Shown piece by piece: positions 13,791-24,761 of a DNA stretch of 64,000 bases (position 1 is the stretch's first letter; every line of letters starts with the position of its first letter). Made by a program: the position numbers and the translations under genes. Source of the DNA: Podarcis vaucheri (lineage: Eukaryota); assembly GCA_965113315.1 (NCBI GenBank), contig OZ220368.1; one strand, given 5' to 3'. The notes beneath the pieces were generated by a model. That model saw only the letters and a list, made by a program, of their open reading frames with translations, was not told the DNA's origin and did not search any database.

Positions 13791-15942
13791 CTGATGGGGG
13801 GACAGGAAGGAGGAAAGAGTAAGGGAACTGTGATGACAAACTATGGATTATTAACACATGCAAGCACACACACAAGATTTGGCACTATCTGGACCCCCAA
13901 GTGTATCTACTGCTTTCTTCCAAAACACCTCTCTCACGCAAAGAACTGTTGCTCTCTTTCTATCCGCCCCCCCCCCGAGAACTACAGAAACAACTCCCCT
14001 CTTCAAACTGCAGACTATTTAAGGCTTCAATCCTATACACACTAACCTGGGAGTTTGATATGTTACATCATGCAGGTACATAGGCTAGCTCTGGACACCA
14101 GCTTTAGAAACAACATATTGCTACTGCTAGCAATAAAGGAATTAACAGTAACAAGGAGAAACACATGTGAAAATAGTATGTTCCTCCTGTAGTGAATGAT
14201 CCTAGTGGAAATAGGACATAGAAATGTCTTTGTGAAATGCTGTGGCTGGACTCCAGAGCCTCTGATGAGACAGCACAAGCCTAGAGACTCAAACCAAACC
14301 AGGAAAAATGACCTACCAAAGCTTCAGGGCAATACTTGCCCTCCCCCCTTCCACCAGCTGAACCCTTTCAACCATAATTCTCAGACTCCTGTAACCCTCC
14401 CTGTTAAGATAAGCAATAGCTGTGTACTGAGATAAGCTTCCTCAAAAACCAGCCAGAGAAGCAGCATGATCATCAGTGTAATCAATTTCTAAGTTTCTTG
14501 CATCAAGCAGAGTTACTTCAATTCTTGCAAAGAGTGCATTTACCTAAAGTGCATCTTACAAGGCAAGCAGATTTATGGTGCACGTCTCATTTACTCATCT
14601 CTTTGCCTTCCAAAGCAACATGCTCGGGTTCTGAAGGAAGGCTCACAAGGATTCGCATCCACCCCACCCCACCCCACCCTGGGCAGGCAAGTGATCTCAT
14701 ACTACTGAACTGTCTGGCCAGAGGAGCTCTTTGCTACAACTTGCTCTGTAGAAAATGAGTTTGGCAGTGACACATATGTTTTCACTGGCAGCAAAACTCA
14801 GAAGCAAGCTCTTCAAAACAAGTGAGATCCACAGCTACTAAGGCACCTGCCAGCAGCAAAAGCTGTTGTAGGAAGAAATACCTGAAACTGCTGCAAAGGC
14901 AAGATGTCCCATAGAAATAATCAAGTGAGCCACAGGTTTGTACATGTCCATAGCCCTGCTTTGGAAACTCCCCCTCCCCTCAATTCTGCTTCCTCCACTT
15001 CACAAAATGTACTGCCACTATCTCAATCACTGCCCACTTCCATTCCCAACAATGGCATTTTTAAAATGTGTGTAATTGTGTTTTATGAACTTCAGTTTTT
15101 CTTGGTATGTATTAAGATTGTAATAATGTTGTCACACTGCAGTTGGTGTGACCAACTGCAGAGTGATGATGGAACAGCAGGCAGGCAGCCCAGACAGGCA
15201 GGTGAGTGACACGGGTGGCAGGTGGTCCGGGCAAGTGGTGTGGGTTGTGGACAGCACAGCTAGTCACAGAGAAACAGCCAGGGCAGGGCAGTTCCCCACA
15301 ACCACAGTTTTGGTGTCAGCAGCACTGGAGGACAATGAGGCAGGAAGCAGCAGCAGAGCCAAATGTCCAACACTGACCTTTCTGATGTTGTGCGGCTCAC
15401 CTGGGCCACCCATGCTGCTTGCCTGGTCTGCCTTCCCCTCTTGCCTGCCTGCTGTTCTGTTGGGAGGCTGTTGCTGTGGGAAGGAGAGAAAAAGCCTGCA
15501 TATTAAAATGCAATTTCTTTTTCTCTCTTTGAGTGACAGTGGTGGGACAATTAAAAGGAAACTTGCAGCAGAGCAGGAGTGCAAAGGTGAGAAAAGACTT
15601 TCTCCTCTTCATTTACTTCATTTCACCCTACCAGTGGTGAAGTGTAAACGGGAGAGGCTTTGGGTGAGGGTCGGGGGGTTGAGGTGTAAAGTGGAAGAGG
15701 GCTGGGGATTTGGAGGGGTGACATGTAGACAAGGCTGGCAAGCAGTGAAAGCAGGGGCGCAGGCCCAAGTAAAGTAATAGAATCAAACCATGTTTTATAA
15801 ATGCTTAGGCAACACCTATGCAAAGGGGGATTCAGAGGATGGAGAATTAATAAAAGAAAGGAGGAGATAGGGAAGAACACACACTGAATATCAAACAGAA
15901 AAATCAGTGGTATGTTTCAATTCCAGCCCACATTGGAGCTAG

Positions 15943-16077
<135 letters not shown>

Positions 16078-16679
16078 TGCAAAGGAGAAGCCATTCTCCT
16101 AGGATGAACGAGACACAAAATGGCACAATTATTCAAGACAATGATATGAACATCTATCCTGTCTGTTCACAAAAACATGAAAATATGCACAGCTGATCAC
16201 TGCTCAAGAATGTTGCAACCTATGAGGTTACAGTGTGCTACATCAAAGGCTGGTTTCTTGCTCAGCCATCTGCAGGTGAGACTGCAAAGGTGCCTTAACT
16301 TGCTCTGTGTATATCAGAATGTGAGCTTCTCTATCTGTATTAAACTTGCTTTCTCTCAAGCTAATTAATAATTACATTTCTCAGCTGCCTGCTCAGAACT
16401 ATTCTATCAATATGAATGTTTGTTTTCACCCCACTCTGGGATCCATTGTGATGAAGAGTGGGTTAGAAATATTATAAACAAAAGCAGTAGACTACATCCA
16501 AGCCTGCGTGCATTCGATTGATTTCCCTCATGCTTTGAAGTTGTACAGAATTTGGTACTAGAAAGAGATTTCTGCCTTCCAAGCGTTTTAAGCTTTTATT
16601 GAAAAAGGAAAAACGCACACACAATATTTTGTATCTAATGGCTGCCAGCCCACTACATTCTTCATTCAAAGCCCTGCTC

Positions 16680-16960
16680 CGTATCCTGCTGTTTGGCGAC
16701 ATCCAACTGACCGGGACATGGGACAGTGGCTTCTTGGTTGTGGTGCCCAAGCTGTACAATTCCTTCCCCAAGAAGCCTGAATAGAGTTTTCAAGAGTTAC
16801 ATTTTTTTTTTTTGCTTCACCAAGCTTTTAGCTTGATTTGAGGTTTTTATCCCTGCTGTTCTATATTCTGTTTTATTATTCATCAGTGCTTGTATTTTTT
16901 ATTATGTCCAGGGGCCCTTTGTGAAGCTTAAAAATGGGGTATAAATTGTTTAAATAAAGG
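16680..16960 (+). mobile_element. Degenerate L2-type 3' end
   Basis: GFLVVVPKLYNSFP resembles the L2 C-terminal AFSVxAPxLWNSLP; T-rich UTR; ggggtataaat...aataaa end similar to 30044-30060. Confidence 0.5.
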
Positions 16961-18119
16961 AAGAAATATCTGTTTCTCCTAGAGCCTTTATGGACTGCTG
17001 TTGTTTAATTCCTATGTTTTATTCCTGCTATTTTTAATATTTTATGTATTTATTTTGGATTGCATTTTATTTTACTACTTATTTTTGTAAGCTACATCTA
17101 ATGTTTCCTGAAAAGTGAGGGGATAACGATAACAATGATCATTATAACAGAATGATGATAGATTTTGCATATATAAAATGTATTGAAAATATGACATCCA
17201 AGCCAATATCAATAAGCAGACCGTGAAAGCAGACTGTGCAAATGAGCAAAATGCTCCAAACTGCAGGAGAACTCCACAATTTCCCTGAAGGGCAAAGCAG
17301 AAATATGTGAAGCAGACCAGCATCCTGGTGGCACCCATTCAATCTTAACAGTTTATTTAAATGTAGTGTTTACCCTGACATCTTCACCAGACTCTAATCT
17401 CCTCACAGATCAGAGGGACCTCCACAGAAGGAGCATCTCTCTGAAATCTGCTCCAGCCAAATGTCTGAATTTATGAAACAGTCACCTGCAGATAAAAACA
17501 TTTCTCTGCTAAACCAGCCCAATTGCTTCTTAAGTATTTAGCGTTGCTGAGTAAGATAAATGGGTTTTAGGAAGGCAGTGGCCTTAATAAAAAAGATTCA
17601 GCTGCTGCCACTGCTTGGGAGCACCAGAACCAATACAAGCAGAGCTAACACTGGCAGCTGGTATTTATGCTGGCTGCAATGCCCTTACAGCATTTCATTT
17701 TAGTCTTCATCATGACTCTCTATAGCCACTGTCTCTCTGACCATGTCTGCAGTTCTGGGGGAGAGAGCTGTGAAATGGATTACATGGACTAGCCCTACCC
17801 TGACATTTATTTCCCCTGCGTGTGAACTGTCACTGTAGTGAAGATTTGCCCTAGAAGCACATACACATGCCTGCTGAAAGCACAATAATTCTTCACTTCA
17901 GGTGTCGGTTTTTGTTTTTGTTTACCAATGGATATCATGTGGGTTTTGCTAATAAAGCCAACTTAAGTGGTTACAGAATCCTCGTCTCAGAGGAGAGGTT
18001 GCTATTCTTCTTGTTCTTTGGTGTGGAGATGGCTAGTTCTAAAGACATATTTATGTGCTTGTGCTATCTCAAGCTGCTGTCAGGGACTGCTGAGCTAGAT
18101 GGACCACTGGATTTGACTC

Positions 18120-18272
18120 ACCCACAGCATGCATTTAAAGCACAGGGCTTCCCCCAAAGAATCCTGGGAATTGTAGTTTATCCCTCATAGAGCAAAAATT
18201 CAAACTACAGTTCCCAGAATTCTTTTTTTTTTGGGGGGGGAGACACCATGTGCTTTAAACATACAGTGTGGG
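18120..18272. mobile_element. MITE related to 7780-7955
   Basis: TTTAAAGCACA / TGTGCTTTAAA and CTGGGAATTGTAGTTT / AAACTACAGTTCCCAG inverted pairs. Confidence 0.65.
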
Positions 18273-18339
18273 TGTGATATAAGTATAATACAGCTGCCCA
18301 TGCTCTTATTCTATTCTGAAGACTTGCAGCTTTTTAACA

Positions 18340-18716
18340 TGGCTCATCTAGACCAGCACCCTGTTCTTATAGTGGCCAACCAGATGCCTGTGGGAAGCCT
18401 CCAAGCAGGACCTGAGTGCAAGAGCACTCTGCCCTCCTGTGATTCCCAGCAACTGGTATTCAGAGGCATCCTGCCTCTGACAGTGGAGGTAGAACACAGT
18501 CCTCATGGCTAGTAGCCATTGACAGCATTGTCCTCCATGAATTTGTCTAAACCTCTTTTAAAGCCACACAAGTTGGTGGCTGCCACTGCTGTCTGTGGGA
18601 GCAAGTTCCATAGTTCAACTATGTGCTGCATGAAGAAGTACTTTCTTTTCTGTCCTGAATCTTCATATGTTCAGCTTCATGGCATGTCCACAAGTTCTAG
18701 CATTATGAGAGAGGAG
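18340..18716 (-). mobile_element. Older CR1-type LINE 3' region, left part (interrupted by the young CR1)
   Basis: Aligns by eye with the copy at 62700-62948 plus 63313-63450 (e.g. gtggccaa.cagatgcct, tgaagaagtactttctt, tgtcctgaatc). Confidence 0.7.
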
Positions 18717-19733
18717 GAAAACCGAACCCAAAGGGTGCTCATCAATGGTTCCTCTTCATCCTGGAGAAGAGTGACTAGTGGGGTGCCACAGGGTTCTGTC
18801 TTGGGCCCGGTCTTATTCAACATCTTTATCAACGACTTGGATGATGGACTGAAGGGCATCCTGATCAAATTTGCAGATGACACCAAACTGGGAGGGGTGG
18901 CTAACACCCCAGAGGACAGGATCACACTTCAAAACGACCTTGACAGATTAGAGAACTGGGCAAAAACAAACAAGATGAATTTTAACAGGGAGAAATGTAA
19001 AGTATTGCACTTGGGCAAAAAAAATGAGAGGCACAAATACAAGATGGGTGATACCTGGCTTGAGAGCAGTACATGTGAAAAGGATCTAGGAGTCTTGGTT
19101 GACCACAAACTTGACATGAGCCAACAGTGTGACGCGGCAGCTAAAAAAGCCAATGCAATTCTGGGCTGCATCAATAGGAGTATAGCATCTAGATCAAGGG
19201 AAGTAATAGTGCCACTGTATTCTGCTCTGGTCAGACCTCATCTGGAGTACTGTGTCCAGTTCTGGGCACCACAGTTCAAGAAGGACACTGACAAACTGGA
19301 ACGTGTCCAGAGGAGGGCAACCAAAATGGTCAAAGGCCTGGAAACGATGCCTTATGAGGAACGGCTAAGGGAGCTGGGCATGTTTAGCCTGGAGAAGAGG
19401 AGGTTAAGGGGTGATGTTCAAATATATAAAAGGATGTCACATAGAGGAGGGAGAAAGGTTGTTTTCTGCTGCTCCAGAGAAGCGGACACGGAGCAATGGA
19501 TCCAAACTACAAGAAAGAAGATTCCACCTAAACATTAGGAAGAACTTCCTGACAGTAAGAGCTGTTCGACAGTGGAATTTGCTGCCAAGGAGTGTGGTGG
19601 AGTCTCCTTCTTTGGAGGTCTTTAAGCAGAGGCTTGACATCCATATGTCAGGAGTGCTCTGATGGTGTTTCCTGCTTGGCAGGGGGTTGGACTCGATGGC
19701 CCTTGTGGTCTCTTCCAACTCTATGATTCTATG
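18717..19733 (+). mobile_element. Young 5'-truncated CR1 LINE (RT C-terminal part of ORF2 plus 3' UTR)
   Basis: Motifs [31 protein letters not shown] and [15 protein letters not shown]; one frameshift near 19410; ORF2 stop at 19660-19662; ends in CTATGATTCTATG, the CR1 octamer tail. Confidence 0.97.
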
Positions 19734-19900
19734 AAAATGTTTCTCTGTCCACTTTCTCAATGCCATGCATAAGTGTATCGACTTCTATCGTTTCGCCTCT
19801 TACTCACCCTTTCTCTAAGTCCCAAATGCTGCAACTGCTCTTCACAGGGGAGTTGCCCTTTTCTGAGCCTTTTCCAACTCTACAACATCCCGTTTGCGTA
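19734..19900 (-). mobile_element. Older CR1-type LINE, right part resuming after the insertion
   Basis: aatgtttctctgtccactttctc continues the alignment to 63465 onward (aatgtctccctatccaatttctc). Confidence 0.65.
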
Positions 19901-21349
19901 TTCCTGTGAATACTAAATATGGAGCTAGATAAACTAAAGACATAGTAACACCCAACTGAATTTTGTACCAAATTATTGTGCTTTGATAACCTAGATTATT
20001 CTTGTGGTTTAAATTAATTGTGAGATGCTAAACACAATAGGGAGGAGGGTGTAATCTGACTTCAAAACAGTAACTCTAAGTACTGGAAGACAAATCCACC
20101 CTTTTCTAACTGATGGGTCAATTTCAGATGCTTCCCACACATTCATATTTCTCCTTACCTACATATACGAGGGCTAGGAAATCTTGTTCATTTTTGTTCT
20201 CTGAACTGATTATTGCTTCCTGAAAGCTCCCATATGTAATTTTAATACATAATCTTAAGTATGTATGGGATTGTAAGAAATGGCAGACATTAGCTTCATT
20301 TTCTTATAGTCATCTGAATAAACTGACCAAGTTTATTTGTTCCATCTATATAGTCTTTGTCTCTATGCCTCTATGTGTGAACATTTCCATAAGGAGGGAA
20401 GCCTGTGGCTGCAAATCAGACAGTCTGAGAAGAGACTCTACCGTTAGATGCCTTATTTGATACCACACAGTATCAAAGTACAAGGTGTGAAAACAGCCCA
20501 GATCCAATCCAAGGATGAACTGAGCCAGGATTGGCCTAAGGCATGAGCTCTACAAAATACTGTGAAGTATCTCAGCCGGAAACTGGATGATCACATAAGA
20601 AATAAATGAAGCATGGCATCAGGAAGTAAATCAGAATGAAGCAATGCCAGGGCTAGAGGCAAGCAGGGAAGCAGGAATGGTCAAATCCAACTTGGTCTGC
20701 ATCTGAGCAATGAGTTACTCAGATTGTGTAGCTAAGCTAAGAGACAGCAGGTTTATTTGGCTTTTGTGTTAGGTAATTCCAGGAAGTAGGAAAGTGTGTA
20801 CATGGTAAGGCAGCCCTCCTGGTGCCAACTAATATGATTGATGGATGGATGGGCAGTTGAAGGGGGAAGGGGAGGAGTGGGAAAGGGCATTCTTTGCCCA
20901 AAACAGCCTGGCAAGCAAACCTCCCAGGTGGGCTGAAGATTCCCTGCCTCTGTCTCCAAGGTCCAAGTGGAAGACAGTGGTGGAGGGGAATGAGGTGGCA
21001 GTCTAACCTGCCAGGCTCAGAAATATTACATAATTGGTTCTTAACTCTGTTGGGACTCGCTCCCAGTCACATGGCTGAGGAATATCAGAGTCAACAAAAT
21101 GTGCATGATAAAAGCACTTAGCACTGTAGCCATAGGTAGGGAACAAAAGAGGTACCGGGGGGGGGGACACAAGGAAATGTTTCCCCATCATAGGGCCTCA
21201 GTTCCCACCTTCAACAAGGTCAACTGAACCTATGGAACCCCTTTCTATATAAATTTACCCTGGAAGGGAAGTAGGATAGGAAGAATCTAGGAACTCAGCA
21301 AGATATGGCAGCAGACTACTATAATGCATTTCTACCTTTCAAAGGAGAA

Positions 21350-21493
21350 GGGACGCGGGTGGCACTGTGGGTAAAACCTCAGCGCCTAGGACTTGCCGAT
21401 CGTATGGTCGGCGGTTCGAATCCCCGTGGCGGGGTGCACTCCCGTTGCTCGGTCCCAGCGCCTGCCAACCTAGCAGTTCGAAAGCACCCTCGG
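21350..21493 (+). mobile_element. Sauria (Squam1-type) SINE, 5' part
   Basis: GGGACGCGGGTGGCACTGTGG head, B-box GGTTCGAATCC and CCTGCCAACCTAGCAGTTCGAAAGCA core. TSD TACCTTTCAAAGGA at 21333-21346 and 23567-23580. Confidence 0.9.
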
Positions 21494-22290
21494 TACTTCC
21501 GGGTTAGCGCAATCAGCAAATGGCGGATTCCCTCTGAGCTTCGGAGGGAATCGGCTTGGTGGAAGAGGGGTCCTGCCGCGGCGATGACGCGGGGACCCTC
21601 AGAAACCACAGGCGCTGAAGCCTGTGGACTTGGTGACTCGGCGGGCACCATTTGCGCCCCCCCTTTTTAAAGGCTTCGGAGCGGGTGGCAGAGAGCGGCG
21701 TGGTGCTGTGAGTAGACTGCTTCTTCCACGGAGTGAAGCCGCAAGCCATGGCTGGAGAGCGCTGACTTCTTTCCTTGACCATTTGGACTTCAAAAAGTAA
21801 CAACCCGTGAGTAATACGGAAATTGGAATTAAAAATTTCTTTTAATTGAATTCGGTACGACCGGGGGAGGTGCCAAAAGGAAGTCCGCCTCCCCCCCTCA
21901 CAGACAATTTAAAGCAAGAATTAGATAACTAATGTTGAGAGACTGTCTTCCTCTCTTCGAGACAGAAATTTTTAATTTCACGACTTGGACATACAAGTTT
22001 ATTACTGGAGGATTAGAACTGAACGTTAGAGTTGAAGTGTAACCCTCCCCCCCGGATCCGGGAGCGATCCGCGAGAGAGCCTGTAGAAGATATTTACAGA
22101 GTTTGACAGCTGTCAAATGAGCTGTCAAAGTCAGGAAATTCTGTTTTTTGCTACTTGTGCCGGTTATTTTTGTTACATTGGACTTTAAGTGTTTGAAAAT
22201 AGAGAGGAAATAAGAACAAAATAACCTGATTGTTGGAGAAAGAACACTTAGTAACCAGAATCCCTCTAGAGGGGGTTCTGAGATATTACA

Positions 22291-22896
22291 ATGGTTGCAG
22301 ATGGAAAAATACAGGCAGAGTTGGACAGAGTGTTTGATTTCCTGGGAAAGCTGCAAGAGCAGAGTGATGTTATGGTTACAAATCTTGCAACCTTGATCCT
22401 TAAAATAAACAAATCTGCTGAAGCGGTTAAGGACTTGACTCAAGAAAAATCTGCAGCTGGAAAGGAAGATACATGTGCCGTTTTGGAGGAATGCGAAGGA
22501 GGAGCTGAAACGCTGCAAGTGAAAAAGGACAACCAGAGGCCTGTTAAGTTGGAATATAAGGAAAGCAAGGTTTGGAAGACGAAAATTTGGTTTGAAATGG
22601 AGAATGAAGATTGGGGATTTTTCCCTATGGGGAGTCCGGAAGACCCATGGATTACAAATTTGATCAAGGCGAAAACTGGAATGTTTGGGACATTTGGGAC
22701 ACTTGGACTTAAAAAGAGTAAGAAGCAGGACCTAGACTCTTTCTTTGAATATGGAGGCCTGGTTAGAAAAAACATAGACCCTACTGGGTCAAAGATGCTC
22801 CGAGATCTGATGTTCAACATAAAGGACTGTCAACAAAACCAGCTGAAAGGGACTGAGAGAGATTTAAGGGCCTCGGACGTGATAGATCCAGGCTGA
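22291..22896 (+). CDS. Intact 201-aa ORF of the inserted element; N-terminal coiled-coil-like region, function unknown
   Basis: Strong Kozak context (acaATGG), uninterrupted frame, heptad-like hydrophobic spacing over roughly residues 7-50. Confidence 0.55.
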   Translation: MVADGKIQAELDRVFDFLGKLQEQSDVMVTNLATLILKINKSAEAVKDLTQEKSAAGKEDTCAVLEECEGGAETLQVKKDNQRPVKLEYKESKVWKTKIWFEMENEDWGFFPMGSPEDPWITNLIKAKTGMFGTFGTLGLKKSKKQDLDSFFEYGGLVRKNIDPTGSKMLRDLMFNIKDCQQNQLKGTERDLRASDVIDPG

Positions 22897-23312
22897 GAAC
22901 TGACAGACTGAAGGATAATTTCTGGGGATCGAAACGGGGGGGGGGGGAAAGCTTTGGAATCCAAAGGGGTACAATTATATGTTTTCATTTGTTAGGTTGT
23001 TCTGTAATTATTTTAATAATTGGGAATCTCGTGAAAGGGAACTTGGGTCGACCTTAGAAAAAGGGGTTAATGTCGAGTATTAAAATGAGGTTTAGAAGTT
23101 TAAAATTGGCTAACTAAGACGGATAAAGTAAAATATTAATAAAAAGAACTTGCTGAGCTAAATTTTGGAATTGGGATGCAAGAAGGGAGGTGGGGGAAGT
23201 CCGGGAAAGTGGTTATGAAAATAAGGTTTTAAAATTATACGTGTTATTTGTGTGTAGTGTCGAAGTGTATGTTTATGTTTTTGTGACTGTCTAAAAAAAA
23301 AGAGAAAATCCT

Positions 23313-23317
<5 letters not shown>

Positions 23318-23364
<47 letters not shown>
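23318..23364. repeat. (TA)n microsatellite forming the tail of the 1.87-kb element
   Basis: Direct inspection; abuts the right TSD. Confidence 0.95.
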
Positions 23365-23368
<4 letters not shown>

Positions 23369-23573
23369 CCTCGGGTGCAAGTAGATAAATAGCGGGAAGG
23401 TAAATGGCGTTTCCGTGTGCGGCTCTGGCTCACCAGAGCAGCTTCGTCACGCTGGCCACGTGACCCAGAAGTGTCTGCGGACAGCGCTGGCTCCTGGCCT
23501 CTAGAGTGAGATGAGCGCACAACCCTAGAGTCTGTCAAGACTGGCCCATACGGGCAGGGGTACCTTTACCTTT
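23365..23573 (+). mobile_element. Sauria SINE, 3' part
   Basis: GTGCAAGTAGATAAATAG...GGGAAGGTAAATGGCGTTTCCG...GAGATGAGCGC, ending in the ACCTTT-repeat tail. Confidence 0.9.
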
Positions 23574-24567
23574 CAAAGGACAGATGTGAAGGGACATTAG
23601 CTAGCCTCTGATCTCTGCCATATGGGGAAACACTAATGCAGAGACATGCCCATGAAGGACAGGAGACCATGGAACATGCACTTGCAAACTTAGTGTTCTA
23701 AAAGAACAGTGTTGAAATCTGTTCTTAATGCCCAGGAAGGTTCATTTTCTCTCTAACAGAGGACACCCCCCCCCCAGTTCAAAAAGCAAATGCAATCAAG
23801 TTATTTCATTTAGAGGAGATTAACAGCATAGTTTACTTGGGACCAAATCTTTAACCCCAAAGACCAAAAGAACACGGCAGCAAGTTGATGATTAATTTCA
23901 CCAGCCTAAAGGTCAACTTTGAGGAAATTGGAAGAGGCATTGGGCTGCTTCACAAATACAAAAATTCGACAAAGTCTGTAGGAATCATGATGGTCTAAGC
24001 TGAGCAGTGAAGTCTGGAGCTAGCAAGTCTTGGTCTCACTTTATTCCCCCCCCCACTCATTGTTGGGGTGGGTTTGGGTTGTATGTGGGGTGGGTAGTGG
24101 TTGTATGTTTGTTTGGGGGGGTTGGCTGTGCTTTACTCCCTGCTGAGAAAGATGCAAATGAATCAAGTGTTGTATTAATGAGATTTATTAATTAGTCAAC
24201 ATAGCTCTCCAGTAATCCTATTGGGTGCCATTCAAATAGTCTAGCTCACAAATGATCACACCTAGACTGCAACTGTAGAAGTCCCAGAAACGTCTGCCTT
24301 GTCCTGCTCCCTGATACTCCCAGTTCATTCCATCTCAACCCTTTCCACATCGTTCTCTCCCAAAATTTGTTTTAGGCTCTCAACTACAGTAAGGAAGTCT
24401 GTAACAAAGAAAATGCATGTTCATTGCCATAATATAGCTCTCTTTCTCTCTAACCATATAAAGTGAAAAAGCCCATGACAAAGCAAATACAGACCCTTCT
24501 TCAAAATATATTATTTCTCTGTCTGTCCATGCATGCATCCATCCATCCCACTCATACCAGGATATAC

Positions 24568-24761
24568 CTGGGACTCTGCTACCATGACGTCTTTCATGAT
24601 AGGCAACCCAACTGGCTCATTATTCTCCAGCTTCACACAGATGACTTGGTAGCCCCGGATCTGGCCATGCTGCTTGTTAGAGATAGGTGACTTCCAGGTA
24701 ACACGAATGGTTGTGGAGTTCATTGATTCTACCTCCACTTTCCGAGGTGGAGCACTGGGCA
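24568..24761 (-). CDS. PTPRF: PTPRF exon, FNIII-5 N-terminal half ([12 protein letters not shown]...[11 protein letters not shown])
   Basis: 194 nt, phase 1-0; ttccag|TGCCCA ... TCCCAG|gtatat. Confidence 0.95.

Larger units (their letters stand above)
21494..23364 (+). mobile_element. 1.87-kb non-autonomous single-ORF retroelement (HAL1/L1-like), apparently full length
   Basis: Exact 10-bp TSD GCACCCTCGG (21484-21493 and 23365-23374). CpG-rich 5' end with ETS and YY1-like motifs; one sense ORF; G-rich then T-rich 3' UTR; A-rich/(TA)n tail; no RT or endonuclease motifs. Confidence 0.75.

Noticed and set aside
15148-15777. 209-aa plus-strand ORF
   Set aside because: Non-ATG start, GC/purine-rich low-information peptide, no homology recognised.
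18519-18716. N-terminal part of the 339-aa ORF as a novel RT fusion
   Set aside because: It is the reverse strand of the older host CR1, in frame by chance with the inserted CR1.
21898-22820. Minus-strand ORFs (206 aa and 126 aa) in the 1.87-kb element
   Set aside because: Phe/Ser/Leu-rich composition expected from the reverse of an A-rich sense strand; non-ATG starts.
22876-22896. DVIDPG as a 2A ribosome-skipping peptide
   Set aside because: Does not fit D(V/I)ExNPGP (spacing wrong, no Asn) and is followed by a stop rather than Pro.
24065-24120. G-quadruplex-like G-run cluster
   Set aside because: Common low-complexity GT-rich intronic sequence with no independent support.
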